Shown here: one piece after another, positions 12,901 to 28,165 of the stretch
Layout: each line of letters begins with the position of its first letter
Position numbering within the stretch: the stretch's first letter is position 1
NCBI RefSeq assembly: GCF_018350175.1
Contig: NC_058369.1
Location: 25,360,001 to 25,424,000, forward strand
DNA from: Felis catus
Taxonomy: Eukaryota
DNA length: 64,000 nucleotides
Reading direction: 5' to 3'
Notes under the pieces: generated by a model
The model's database searches: none
Told to the model about the DNA's origin: nothing
The model's input: only the letters and a program-made list of their open reading frames with translations
Translations under genes and position numbers: made by a program

Positions 12901-14368
12901 AGGTAAAAAGCTAAGGGCTGATTCAATGCTTTTTTTAAAAATGACTTTAAGCCCATGAGGACAGAGGGATAGAGTCTGTTTTGTTTACTGGTGCCTGAAT
13001 GCATGAAGGAACTTTTAAGTATTTTGTATTACTGAGCTCACATTCCAAGTACTAGTGAGTGTATAGTTTGTAGCACTACAGAAGACGTGAAGATTTAAGC
13101 ATTTTCCTCTTTCTACCTAAACACAGTAAGAGCTTTCTTACTGAAACTCACTGATCATGATCTTTGCCTAAGATTTAACTGAAAGCCCCATACTGTCACC
13201 AGTGTTTTCCCTAATCATGCTTTTAATCTCAAGAAACACTTCCCCCTTTTTGAGTAAAGGATTTGAAGGTGGTTTAATCTTTAGTGAGAAGAACATAATA
13301 AAAATTAGATATAACTCTGGGTGCTGGGAGATTAATTCAAGAAGGAGATGAGTAGATTTTTTTTTTTTTTTTTTTTGTCGAGCAGGCTTAAGATTCAAGG
13401 CTGTTTATGTAACTCAGTTATAAGCCTTAACAGCGACTTGGGTGCTGTGTTAAACTTTCTTTGGGATTAATTAAGTACACAAGTTTCTTTTTCTCCTTCT
13501 CATTTTATCTCCTTTATGGACTCACATTTTCTTTATGTACTAAAAAGTTGCTGTGATAGTTTTTTTTTTTCCCTTGTGATAGGTCTTTCAAGATTTGATT
13601 CCTGACCACAGAGATTAATTACAATGTAAAAGAAATGTTATATTTGTCATTATGTTCATCACGGAAAAAAAACTTCAAAAAGTATTTCCTTCATCTGGCT
13701 GTGTTGCTGTATTATGTGACTAGGCTAACCACATTTTGGTTGTATGTTATTAGATGCATTGGTCTAGTATCAGCACCTAGAGAGAGGAATAATTAGTCAT
13801 TAATATAGAATCTCTCAAGATTTTGCTAAGATTATATACAGTTTACTTCTAACTTGAAAGCTTTAACAGCATTTAATACTTAGTTTTTATTAGCTAAAAA
13901 AAAGCATACACCTAGAACACTGCTGAATTCCTTGATGGTGTCCATTTATTTCATGGTTTGAGTTTCCCTTAAAAATGCTCTAATGGTAGTTCCCTTTCCA
14001 GTGATTTAGTGAGGGGTTTATAGAGCATGTTATATAGCATTTATGTTAAGTGGTAAAAGTGGTTTAGGTATCTTCAACTAAAACTTTCTTGATCAGTAAT
14101 ATTGTGTTAATTTGAATATTGTTTTTTTCCTACAGAATGAATTAAGTGCAGCAACACACCTGACTTCAAAACTTTTAAAAGAATATGAAAAACAGGTATA
14201 GTATATGAAAATCTTCAAAGCGTAATTTAAAATATGCAGTGAGGGGCACCTGGATGGCTCAGCTGGTTAACCGTCCTACTCTTGGTTTCAGCTCAGGTCA
14301 TGATCTCACAGTTTGTGGGTTGGAGCCCCGCACCAGGCTCTGCACTTTTAGTGCACAGTCTGCTTGGG

Positions 14369-14416
<48 letters not shown>

Positions 14417-14548
14417 CCTCTCCCTCTCCCTCTCCCTCTCCCTCCCTCTCTCTCTCCCTCTCCCTCCCTCTCTCTCTCCCTCTCCCTCTCCCTCCCTCTC
14501 TCTCTCTCTCCCTCCCTCTCTCTCTGCACCTTCCCTGCTTGCTTTCTC

Positions 14549-14579
<31 letters not shown>

Positions 14580-17500
14580 ACATTAAAAAAATATTCAGTG
14601 ATACAGTATCTGTATAGATAAACAGAATTTCTCACCAAGAATCCTAAGCTTTTTTGAATTTGCAGAAGGTAATTTGGGCATGCTGTTGAAATTCCACTAT
14701 AGCACTTACATCTGATTTTAATTACTTATTGTTACATATTAGTTATTTAATTGACCTTTCTTTACAAATGAAGAAACTGAGGCTTGCTCAAGATTTTACG
14801 GTTGGTGATTGGAGGAATTGGAGCTAAACACCAAATCTTAAACTCCTTGTATGGTGTGCCTTCCTGTATACACATGTTAATTAGTTGCTTAGCAAACATT
14901 TTAACTAATGTTTACTAATTGTATGAATTATGCTGTTTTATTAAGTGACATTTTTAAAGTTTATTCAAAATTTTAGAAGTTTTTTGAAGTTTCAGTTGAC
15001 CCTTTAACAACATGGATTTGAACTGCACAGGTCCACTTATTCATGGATTTTTTTGGTAAATACAGTACAGTAAATATATTTTTTCTTACGGTTTTCTTAA
15101 CATTTTCTTTTTTCTAAAAGATTATGGAAATACAGTACATAGTACATGTAATACACAAAATACATGTTAATCAACTGTTTATGTTACTGATAAGGCTTCT
15201 AGTCAGCAGTAGGCTGTTAGTAGTTAAATTTGGGGGGAGTTAAAAGTTATATGTGGGGGTTGGCACTTCTAACTCCCACGTTGTTTGAGGGTCAGCTGTG
15301 TTTTTTTATGTTTGTTTATTTATTTTGAGACAGAGTGTGAGTGGAGAAGGGGCAGATAGAGGGAGAGAGAGAATCCTAAGCATGGAGCCCAATGTGGGGC
15401 TCCATCTCATGCTGGCAAGATCATGACCTGAGTTGAAATCAAGAGTCGGATGCTTAACCAACATAGCCAGTCAGGTACCCTGGGTCAGCTGTTTTTAAAA
15501 ATGTAAATTATAGGGGTGTGTGGGTGGCTCAGTTGGTTGAGCGTGGGACTCTTGATTTCGGCTCAGGTCATTATCTCATGGTTTGCGAGTTCGAGCCCCA
15601 CATCGGGCTCTGCACTAATGGTGCAGAGCCTCCTTGGGAGTCTCTCTCTCTGTCTACCCGCTCTCTCTCTCTTTCTCTCAAAATAAAAAATGAACTTGAA
15701 CAAAAATAAAAATGTAAATTATAACATCATTCACAAAAGATATACAGCACTGGGCCTTTACCTCATCTGTATTTCTCACTTTTCAGCGCTTTCCACTGGG
15801 GGGTGATGATGAAGTTATGAGTTCAACTTTGCAACAATTTTCAAAAGTTATAGATGAGGTAAGTGCTTATTATAATTATATCTTGCTTGAATATATGGTC
15901 TTATAATTAAGTTACTCAAGTTGTTTAGCTTTTATTGGGAACTTGTATTATTATGATAGGAGCAAATCTCTATAATAAAAGTTTACTATTTAAAGAAGAC
16001 CTTATTTCCATCTTAGTGGCTGTCTCCTGTCTTAGTGGCTTCCTCATAAAAATAGTACTTTCTTTTTCTGATTAAAACAAATTGTTTTCAAGGGATAAGC
16101 ATATAGATGTGCTCTCTCTCCTCCCAGTCCATGTCACATTCATCCTTTCACTGTGTTATTTGATGTAGGCAGGGAGAGAATTAAATTATGAGCTATAGGT
16201 GGGTTCTGGGACTTTTTTAATGATTAGTTCTGCTGACTGGTTAGAGAAATTAAGGGCTGATATTGGCTGTCTGGGATGGAAGGATTAATAAACTGAATGG
16301 CAAAATATTGCTAGGTGGAAGAAGTGTGGTGAGAGCTGTCTAGGGAGTCCATAACTGTTCTCAACTAGTGCACTGATGAAAGATGTTTTCACGTGAAACA
16401 CTGGATAGTTCTGTCTTTTCTAGTCTATCTGAAAAGTAATTTTTTGAAATATTTTATTTAAAAAAATTTTTAATGTTTATTATTTTTGAGAGAGAGACCA
16501 AGCATGAGCAGGGGAGGGGCAGAGAGAGAGGGAGACACAGAATCAGAAGTAGGCTCCAGGCTCTGAGCTGTCAGCACAGAGCCCGACACAGGGCTCAAAC
16601 TCCGGAGCCGTGAAATCATGACCTGAGCTGAAGTTGGATGCTCAACCGACTGAGCCACCTGGGCGCCCCTGAAATATTTTAATAACTCATTGTAGCCAAG
16701 TATTATCACAGGAGAGCAATATAAAGAAATGTTTGTAGAAAATGGAGTATTTTTATTGTGGTAAAATATACATAACATTAAATTTACTCCTGGTTATATT
16801 ATGCATTCACAGTGTTGTGTAACCATCACCACTGATGTTCCAGAACATTTTCATCATCATCCCAAAGGAAACCCTGTGCCCATTAAGCAGTCATTCCCTA
16901 CTCCCTCTCCCTTCAGCTCCTGGCAACCACAAATCTACTTTCTATCTGAATGGATTTGCCTGTTGTGGATATTTCCTATATAATTTGTGGGGTTTTGTGT
17001 CTGCTTTCACTTGGCATCATGTTTTTAAGGTTTATCTGTGTTGCGGCATGTATCAGAGTTTCATTCCTTTTTTAGGTGAATAAAATTCCATTGTATGAAT
17101 ATACCACATTTTATTTATTCCTTCATGGTTGATGGACATTTGAGTTGTTTTCTACCTTTTGGCTACTGGAAGTAGTGCTGCAGTGAGCGTTTGTATACAA
17201 GTTTTATTTTTGTTTTTTTGGGTTTTTGTTTTTTGAACACCACTTTTTCAGTTCTTTTGGGTATATAATCAGGAGTGGGGTTGCTGGATTATATGGTAAT
17301 TTTATGTTTAGCTTTTTGAGGAACTGCCAGACTTTTTTCCACAGCTTCTGCGCACTTTTACATTCCCACCAGTAGTGGAGGGTTCCAGTTTCTACACATC
17401 CTTACCAGCGCTTTTCATTTATATTTTTATTATAACCATCTAAGCGAGTATGAAGTGCTATATCGTTGTAGTTTTTAATGTGCATTTTTCTGATGGCTAA

Positions 17501-20500
17501 TGACATTGAGCACTTTTTTCTATGCTTATTGGTCGTTTGTATATCTTTGAAGAAATGTCTCTGGTAGCCCCTGCCCCCAATCCACAGGGGATACATTCCA
17601 AGACCCGCCCCCCAGCGGATGCCCGAAACCCTGGATAGTATTGAATCCTGTATGTTTTACTGTATATACATAAATGTGATAAAGATTTATTTACAAATTA
17701 GGTGCCATAAGATTCACAGAATGAGAGAATAATTAACAGTAAAATAGAATTATGACATAATAAAATTTGTGTGAATGTGGTGTCTCTCTCTCTCAAAATA
17801 CTGTGCTGTACGCACCCTTTTTGTTATAATGTGAAATGATAAAATGCCTACACGATGAGGTGAAGTGAGGTGGATAGTGTAGGCATTGTGATCTAGTGTT
17901 AGGCTACTGTGGCCTTCTGACACTGTCAGGAGGAGGAGGATCATCTGCTTCAAGACTGCAGTTGACCTTGGGTACCTGAAAGAGCAGAAGGCAACCCTGG
18001 GTAAGGCGGTGGCACTACGATATTCAGACCTTTGCCCTTTTTATAATTGGGTGGTTTATCTTTTGTTACTGAGTTTAAGACTTACTCTAGACGCAAGTTC
18101 TTTATCAGGTATACGATTGGCAAATATTTTCTCCCTTTCTGTGGGTTGTGATTTTATCTTCTTGATAGTATCCTTTGCATAAAAATTTTTAATTTCAGTG
18201 AAGTCCAACTTATATTTTCTTTTGTTGCTTTTGCTTTTGGTGTCATATCTAAGAAACCACTGCCAAATCCAAGGTTATCCTGTATTTTTTCCTAAGAGTT
18301 TTAAATGGATTTTTTTTACTGTATAATATTTTGTAGTATATCATATAATTTTGAGTGTTCTCTTATATAAAATGGATCAGCATCTGTTTACTAGATTTTA
18401 TTTAATTTACATAACACTGGCTAAATGTCTCTGTATAGTTATTTATTTGGCCTTTTTGTCTTTCTTTTACTAGCTTAGCTCTTGTCATGCAGTACTTTCA
18501 ACACAGCTTGCTGATGCCATGATGTTCCCCATTACCCAGTTTAAAGAAAGAGATTTGAAAGGTACTGAAGTCAAGTTTATGTTTACTTTCATTAGCTGTC
18601 AGAAGATTAATACTTCCAAAGTGCATATTACTCTATACCTTAACCATTTCTGACTACAGTTTATACCACTTTGTCACTGGTTATTTGTGGGAGATCCTGC
18701 TAGATGTTAAACTAGTTACTGGAAAGTACTGATATGGATAGTGTCACTTTCCTTGAGAAAGCCTAGAGAAGGAGATGGGTGAAGCAGATAATTATGATAC
18801 TCTGTCTCTTATAATTAGGGAATGAGCAAGGTACTGTGGGGCCTCAGAGGAGGGTGTCAGGAAGGCATCACCAAGAATGGGACCTCAGCATTGAACAGTG
18901 AAGACGCATTTGCCAGGAGAAGAGAGTCACTGTTCTATTAGAGGGACTAGAAAGCATAAAGGTATGGGTTGGAGAAATACATGGCTTGTTTTGTGGATGA
19001 CGAGAACTCAGTATGGCAGCAATGTTGGGTATGTTGGGGTATGACAGGAGACAGATCTAGAAATAGATCATGCTAAAGATGTTGGACTTGAGTTTATAAG
19101 CAAGGAGAAGCCAGTGGAGGCCTTTAAGAAGTAGACCCAATTCCTTTAGTTTTTAAGGATGGAATAGAGTGTATTTGATGTTGAGGAAAATGGATTAGGA
19201 AGTTGAGAGCTCAAGGAGGTGACAGTGGCACAGGAGGTGTGTTTATGGGCTGCAGTAGTGGGAGGTAGGAGTACTGGCACATCTAGCAACCCATGACTTA
19301 GTAGTTTATGGTGGTTTTGTTTCTCCCCACTTAGGATTAGTAGGTGATAACATGTGAGTTTTACAGAATTGGCTCTGTTTTCTCATAATTCACAGTCTCA
19401 GACAGTCATATAGACTTATTTATTGAAAATATAGGTAGAATTAAAACTGAACTAATGTATCAGTGGATGGCAAACTATTTAAATTATGCATGAAATAAAG
19501 ACAGATGTATTTTAGAGATGGAGTTAATATTTATGGTGGTGATCCTTAAGAATGGTTATTTCCAAGGTCAGTATAAACAAGTTCTTTTCTTAGTCTGAAT
19601 GTCATAACCTTATTAATTATTCTTTGTTCCTCATTCAGCATTTTTACTTATTAGAGTCAGTACCAGTAAATGAATGAAGGGGGTGCTTGGGTGGCTCAGT
19701 TGGTTGAGTGACCAGCTCTTGATTTTGGCTCAGGTCATGATCCCAGGGTCATGGGATGGAGGCCTGCGTTGGGCTTCACGCTGAGTGTAGAGTCTGCTTA
19801 AGATATTCTCTCCCCCTGCCCCTCTCCTTTGCTTGTGTGCTTTTTCTCTTGCTCTCTCTCTCTCTCTCTCTTTAAACATAAATAAATAAATAAAAGAATA
19901 TGTTGCATGCTGGTACTAAGACTAATCTGCATATCTTAGAATTTGCAATGATTTTAAAATTTGTTTTTGTGTCATATTACTAATTTGTGGCAAGTCGAGT
20001 TTCTGTTGGTGTAACTGTGGTTAATAATAGTGAATGTTCCATAGGCTACTTGAAACACAGAATAACCTTTTCACTTTGTTGAATTATGAAATGTTATTTG
20101 GAATTTTAATTGTAGCTTAAATGGCAGTTACTGTTTTCTAAACAAAATTTAAGAAATTTCATAAATATGCTAAATTGAAACTATTCTTGAACTTTTCCAG
20201 AAATATTGACATTAAAGGAAGTGTTTCAGATTGCTAGTAATGGTAAGTTTGAATACTTTACAGTTGGTTCTCGCAGTGATCTATTTATTTATCAACACAA
20301 ATCTGTGTTCTATGTAGTAGAAAAAAATGAACCTAATTAAAAGTTTCAGTGAATATTATGTAAATCAGTGCTCTTATTTAAGTTGCACTATTTGTGCTAC
20401 AAGAAAAATTTAAAAGGAAACTAAATCAGATTTTTCAGTTTGTTGTCTTAATAATACCCGAGGAATTGGCGTAATATTTACCCTTCCTTGTTTTCCTGTA

Positions 20501-23500
20501 TATTCCAAAGTTGTCTTTAGTGAGCATTTGCCATTTTTATACTGAAAAATACTTTTAAAAACTTAGTACAGTCTACTTGGAATTAAATAGTTTGCCAATT
20601 AAATAAGTAGAAACATAATGGGAACATTTAAGTGGATTGCTCATATGGTAGAGAATTCTTGCTTTAGTACCTTTGTTGAAAGATGCACATGTGAAAACCA
20701 TTTAAAGTTTTTTTGGTTTATAAGTTTTGTAAGTTTATAAGTTTTGTCAGGTAAGTTTTAAGTTTTGTAAGGTACTATTGTATTGTTGTTAATAGTTATT
20801 TCTCTTCCAGATCATGATGCTGCAATTAACAGATATAGCCGATTGTCAAAAAAAAGAGAAAATGATAAGGTGTGATACATACTTACTCCTTTAGTATCAC
20901 AATTAGCAATTGTTTCATTAGATGGTCTGGTTTTTCCTGTTTAAACATAGTAGCTAGCAGTTACTTTGTACGTTTTTCTGTATTGCCCTTGGTTCTTTCC
21001 TTCTATTTGTTTCAAAGCCTTTCTGATAATTATTGGACAATAATTATCTCTTTGAACAAACTATTTTTCTGCTGGCAAAATTTTCTAAGTAAACAGAACT
21101 ATTCCAAAAATGCAATTGATGCACAGTATATAGCATTGCTCCTTTTGTGTTTTGATAACATTGCATGTGTCCTATTTTTATTTGACTATATATGTATTCA
21201 GAAGTGTCTTCTGAGATAACAGTGGTTAAACAGTTGAATTGTTGCATACATAATTGAATGAACTTCTGTTATGAGGACCTTCTCTTTTACACGGAATATA
21301 TATAGTTTTTGATACTTGTTCCACAAGTGAAATCCAGAAATATTTCACTCTATTTCAGGAGATATGCATGTGAGTAAAAAACAAAGAAATTATTAACAAG
21401 TTCATCTGGATGCTCCTTAAGATCATTTCTCTCTCAGTGCCTGATCCAAGGCTTGCTGAGTAGGGCTCCACTAGATGTTTTTGAGTGAGGTGATCTCTGC
21501 CCTCAGAGTTGGTTTCTGCAGCCTTGGCTGTGGCTGCTGGTAGAGACACAGTGATCGCTTGTGGGAATCCACGACTGGGTACAGTTTACTGTGCAACAGC
21601 TACTGTGACGCAGTAAAGGGAATGTGTCTCATAAAGTTCAGTACGAAGAACTTTCAGTTTCTAATTTTAGTTCACTGATTATTTGACGGTGCAAATATTG
21701 ATGAAATATATACATTTTGAATTCTACATTACGAAATAGTTTAAAGGTCTAGGTTAGAATTTTGTTGTATTTTTTATGTTGCTTCTGGCTGTTCCAGGTT
21801 TGTTGTTGTTATTCCAGGTAGTTTTAAAAACATTCTTTTACCAATTTTGTTTTATTTGAAAAATTTTTGACCATCTGCTATATGTTGGGTACCATGAGGC
21901 AAGAGTGTGAATAGGCTCCACTCGCATCCTCAGGGAGTGGACAATATGCACTTAAGGAAGGCATATTCCTATGTGAAGGCGTACAGCTGGATTGGATTGG
22001 GTGCCAGAGTACGAGGATGAAGAGAACCCATGAATTAACATTGAGTTAAGTACTTAACAAATAGAAGTCTTAAAATGCTGCAAGAGCATACAGAGAGCCT
22101 CAGTTAACTTTGGTGATTTGGTGAAAGGCTTTACTTTTAGGAGGTGCTGTTTGGATTGAAGATGAGTGAAAGTCACTGGTTTGGGACGGGGGACAGAGGG
22201 CGTTCCTGGAAGAAAAACAGCCTTTGCAGATGCACATGGTAGAGTCTAGAGAATGTAAAGGTTAGGAGTACTCACTGGCTCTAAGTCAGGCTGCATGAGA
22301 ACACATCTCAGCTTTGCTGCTTGTTTGTCTGACGTCATTTTCGAGCCTTTATTTCTCTTGTCAAAAACACTCAGTAGTTTTGACGATGAAATGGGATAAT
22401 GCATGCAGGGTACCTGGCTTGTAGCAAGTTTTCATTAAATTCTAGCAATAATTATTATGATAATGGTGTGTGTCTGGAGCATAGGATGTATTTGGGGAGG
22501 TGTGGCAGAGAGGACAAGAAAGAAGGAGTTTGGGGCTATTTCAGTGACTTTGAAATTTGAGTTAGAGAAAGTGGGCAGCCTCCTTAAAGGAATCCTACTT
22601 AAAGGATTTAAAGTGGGTAACACCATGCAGTTGTGTTACAGAATAAAAATACTACTGGAAATGTGAAGGGGACAGGACTAGTGGGAACTCATTGAAAAAG
22701 TACCAAAATAGTTTGCAGAGCCTCAGCTAAGGTCGTTATGGAAAGTGGAGGGGAAGAAATACTTCTAGAAAATATTTTGTGAGTGGAACTGACAAGACTT
22801 ATGGTAGGAGGAGGAATTGAAAATGAGTCCTATAATTCTTTTTTTTTTGTTTGTTTTAAATTTTTAAAAAAACATTTATTTATTATTGAGAGACAGAGAG
22901 ACACAGAGCATGAGCAGGGGAGGGGTTGAGAGAGGGGGAGACATAGAATCTGAAGTAGGCTCCAGCCTCTGAGCTGTCAGCACAGAGCCTGACGCGGGGC
23001 TCGAACTCAGAAACTGCGAGATCATGACCTGAGCCGAAGTCGGTTGCTTAACCAACTGAGCCACCCAGGTGCCTCAGAGTCCTATAATTCTTGGATGATG
23101 GGGTGGATCTTGGGATAATTAAGAGAGCTAAGAAACGGAGGAACAGGTTTGTGGGGAAGATACTATATTTAGTTTTGTACGTTTCCAGCACATTTATACA
23201 CACATGTGGACACACACACACATAAAGAGCCTAGCTGGAGATGTGCTTCTTCTGACACTTAGGAGAGTGAAGGGCAAGAGATACAAATTTGAGAGTCATT
23301 GGTGTATTGGGATATACAATCCCAATACTTGGTATTGGGTACTTGATTAGGCATTCTAAGGAAAGCAAGAAGAGAGAAGAGCCTAATGCACAGTACATAA
23401 TAGGTGCTCAATAAATGCTTGTTGTCTGAATGCAAGAACTTAAAGGAGCACACGTATTTTAAGTGTGGGTAAAGAAAAACAAGTACAAGAGAGGAAGAGC

Positions 23501-26500
23501 AGCAGGGGGAGAACCAGAAGAGGGGTATGCTGTGAACTGACCAAGATCAAAGACTGATGGCTAAGCTAATACCAAACCACTGTCTGCCTTTCCTCTGTGT
23601 GGTAGACTTTTTCTGCCACACTTAGTTCAGTTATTGTATCATACGTAGTTATGTGCAGAATTTGCTTTACATGTGCATTTTAAGATGGAGTAGTTGGTAG
23701 TAAGACAGGAAAATTAGCCAATATTTTATAGGATTTCTCGTATCTTAGAAAATAAAGATGCACAATTGCTGGTAATACACCAGTTTCCTTGGGTAGGCTC
23801 TTTCCTATAGCCACTACTAAAGGTAATTAAACATAAGTACACAATTAGATATATAATAGTATTTTTAATGTTTTTATTTGAAGGTAAAGTATGAAGTCAC
23901 AGAAGATGTCTACACCTCCAGAAAAAAACAACACCAGACCATGATGCATTATTTTTGTGCATTAAATACTCTTCAGTACAAAAAGAAAATAGCATTGTTA
24001 GAACCTCTACTCGGGTACATGCAAGCTCAGGTGAATACTGACTGTACTGTCTTTTGGATTATAACTGTTCTAAAAACTTCATGTTGAGTTTGATATTCAT
24101 GTTAAGCATTAGGGTATTACAGACTAAGGTCACAATATTCTGTTTGGGTGTGTATTTTCAAAAGTAATTTAAAATGTCATCAGAATACTATTTTAAAGAA
24201 GCTAGAATGGTTTTCCTTGCAAATGAAAATTTCACATTTTTTCAGGTAAATGAAATTACTTACCTTGTATTTAGTCCTTGTCCATCACAGGTTGGGGACA
24301 AGGGACAGAAAGCTAAATGAATCCTGCAGTTACTTCTGCTGGAACTTCCTTTCACCCTTGCTTCAGAGTAGATTTGAAAGAGAATGGGCAAGTTTGAGTT
24401 TGTCTCATGTTCCCTGCATACCTCCTGAGTTAAAAATAATAGATTGAAACCCCAAAGTGTCCCAGGAGGTTTGCATCAGGGAGGAGGCTAGAAAATTAAA
24501 TTTGGTCAATATGAGATGGCACGTCCCTAAAAATTAAGAGTTTAAGGAAATTCAGATATTTCTTCAAATATGAGCACTTACTATTCCTCAGCATAAAACT
24601 TATCTTTGTAGTAAACATAGGTTTATCCATATGACTTAAAGTTTTCCAGTTTTTGTTTACCATATGCATATATTAATATATAAAAAAATGTATGGTGAAA
24701 TTGAAGTCTGGTTTTTACAGTTGCTCCAAGCCCAGTAGAAGTCATTGTAAACTAGTACACAAATGGGAATACTCCCTTGTTCATTACCTTACTTTGTATC
24801 TGGGTGACTGTATGATTCATTTTAAGTATGTTTTGTATTGTGTGTGTTTCTGTTGCTCATCTCCCCACATGCACACCCTCTTGCCTTAGATAAGTTTCTT
24901 TAAGATGGGTTCTGAAAACCTCAGTGAACAGCTGGAAGAATTCCTGACTAATATTGGAACAAGTGTACAGAAGTAAGTATTTTCTTCCTTAAAATTGAAA
25001 ATGAAGTTACAAGAATAACTTAACAGCTAAATGCCATAATCTACAAATATTTAGCATTTAGTTTCCTGAGGGCTATTTTCCCTGCCATGGGAGTGTGTCT
25101 CACATGCTTCTTGGTGTTTTCACCATCTTTTCCACAGAATTTGAACTCTGAATTTTATAACTGTGTCAAGGCTTATGGTATTTTATTGATTCTAAACTAG
25201 GTTTTATGTCTAAACATAACAAACACATAATAGTAATTAACCACAAGTTAATTACCTTCACAGTTATCTGAATTGTGGGGGATGGGTGGGAATTGCTATG
25301 TACATCTTGCTTTTCAAGCCATGAAAGCTTAACGAAAGAAAGTCATTCTGGTCAGGTTCAAAAGTCTGAGCAGTGATGTGGTCAATCTGAGATCTGCAGG
25401 GAGACGAAAATGATTGTTTTAAAGGCACAGGACAGAGCAGTTTGAAAATTCCTCCAAAGTTAGGTATTTAGTGTGGTAGTTTTTTAATTTAGTATTGTTG
25501 CCGTAATATCTAAGTTTCACTTAAAACATAAATTTGTTTCATAATGTGTTCGTTTTATTTTAACTACCCACACCACTACTACTCTCTTTAAGAAAATATA
25601 TACAAAACAAATGTTTAGGTAAACATGATTGGTAAACAGTTCTTTGTTGTGGTTTGTTTTCCGTGTTAGTGTTCGCAGGGAAATGGACAATGATGTAGAG
25701 ACCATGCAGCAGACAATAGAGGATTTGGAAGTAGCCAGTGACCCCTTATATGTACCTGACCCAGATCCCACGAAATTTCCTGTTAATCGAAACTTAACCC
25801 GGAAAGCTGGATACCTTAATGCTAGGAAGTAAGAGAACTACAGTTATTTTCATACATTGTATATCATCTAGGGTAATATCAAGTGAACATAATATATAAT
25901 TGATATCTGCTAAATTATTTTGATTTTACTAAAGGTTGAATCTTTTTAGTGGTATTAGTGTTTTTGTCAGTTTTTTGATGGGGGTACGTGAATAATTTTC
26001 AGAAGTAAAATTTTATTTAGGTATTTATTGAATAATTTAGAATTATTTTTATTTTTTTTAAATTTTTTTTTTTTTTTTACATTTATTTATTTTTGAGAGA
26101 CAAAGAGAGACAGAGCACAAGTGGGGAAGGGCAGAGAGGGAAGGAGACAGAATCTGAAGCAGGCTCCAGGTTCTGAGCTGCCAGCACAGAGCCTGTTGCA
26201 GGGCTCGAACTCACAAACCGTGAGATCATGACCTGAGCCGAAGTTGGACGCTCAACCAACTGAGCCACTCAGGGTCCCCCAGAGTTATTTTAAAAGCAAA
26301 ACCAGTTTGAGTTTAAATCTAGGATTACATGAAATATCATTAAATATCACTTTTATCATACTTTATATGTAATTATACCATCAGATCAAATTTCAGTTTT
26401 TACCTAAAGGTAGGATAAAGCCAGTTAACCTTAGGAACAAAATGAATTCTTTCCTTTCGATTTTTTTTCTCTTGAAAGGTGAACTGTAGTTTATGGAACA

Positions 26501-28127
26501 TCGTTATAACAGTTGCAATTTGATCATTTCTAGCCTTGTTTTGGAAATACACGCACACACGCAAAAGTGGGTTGGCATGCATGAATTTATTTTAGAGACT
26601 GAAAAACTGCTATTTGTATTTTCTAGGCACCTTGGTGCCTTTTTGCAAGCTGATTCTTTGTGATGTTTTATCTTGTGTCTGGCTTATGATGAGATTTCAG
26701 GTGTGTTGATACTGAAGAGTGAATGTACTTTCTTCATTTAGTAAAACAGGCTTGGTGTCATCTACCTGGGACAGACAGTTTTACTTCACGCAGGGTGGAA
26801 ACTTAATGAGTCAGGCACGTGGGGATGTAGCAGGAGGCCTCGCCATGGACATAGACAACTGTTCGGTAATGGCTGTTGACTGTGAAGACAGGCGGTACTG
26901 TTTTCAGATCACTTCCTTTGATGGAAAAAAGTTAGTATTTTTTCCTACTATTAATAAAATCTGTAATCGTTTGAACTACTGAAATGCATGATAATTCCTT
27001 GCCATTCAGACATTTTATAGCTATTTTAGGCTTATTACATATTAAGATCATTTTCCTTTTAATCATGTAGAAATGATTTGAATTTTCCTTTCTGACTAGG
27101 TTAAATGACCTTGTCAAAACAAGGTCATATGGTAAAAACCTGTGATTTCATGTTAAGATACTGTTCACTGAAAATTCTGCATGGTATGGGGAAGGCAGCA
27201 CAAGTTAGTGGAAAGAGCCCTAACCCTGGGGTCAGAAAGTTCAAATTTGAAATCTGCTACTTACCATGTGGTCTTAGACAAGTTATATAGCCTTTCTGAG
27301 CTCCATTTTTTTTTTTTTCTTACATGTGAAATGAGGGTGGGGTGGTCATAATCCCTACTTTGTAAATTGTTATGAAGAATAGAAATCTAACATAATGTAA
27401 TGTGCCTAATGTGTAGTAAGTGCAAATACCAATGTCATTTTACTTATTTTTTATTAAAAAAAATTTTTTTTATGTTTATTTATTTTTGAGAGAGATACAG
27501 AGTATGAGTGGGGGAAGGGCAGAGAAAGAGGAAGACACAGAATCTGAAGCAGGCTCCAGGCTCTGAGTTGTCAGCACAGAGCCCTACGCGAGGCTCAAAC
27601 TCAGAAATCATGAGATAATGACCTGAGCCAAAGTTAGATGCTTAACCAACTGAGCTACCCAGGCGCCCCACTAATGTCATTGTTAAATGTTACGTATTTC
27701 TGATTAAGTTAATGATTTAGTCCATTAATGTTTATGTGCAATTTTTAAAACTTCTGTTACCTTTGCATTGAGAACCCATAGACTAGCTTTTAGAATAAAT
27801 TTTTGAAAAACAGAAAAATAAAACAAAAGGAATATTGAGAAAAGCTATAATCTCACTAACTAGAAGCAAGAATTAATTTTTGGTCTGTTGCCTTACAGTT
27901 TTTACTCTAACTACATTTGTTTTTAACTTTATTTATTTTGAGAGGGGGGAGGGGCAGAGAGCGAAAAACCCAGTCTCTGCGCTGAGAGTGCAGAGCCTGA
28001 CGTGAGGCTCCATCTCATAAACCATGAGATCGTGACCTGAGCCAAAGTCAAAAGAGTCAGACACTTAACCGATTGAGCCACCCAGGAGCCCCTCTAATAC
28101 ATTTTTTAAAAAATACTTGAGGAAATG

Positions 28128-28165
<38 letters not shown>

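Noticed and set aside
14239..14638. SLSLSL / ERERER ORFs, and the many AQVMIS...[13 protein letters not shown]s elsewhere
   Set aside because: Translations of CanSINE bodies and their CT repeats, not genes.
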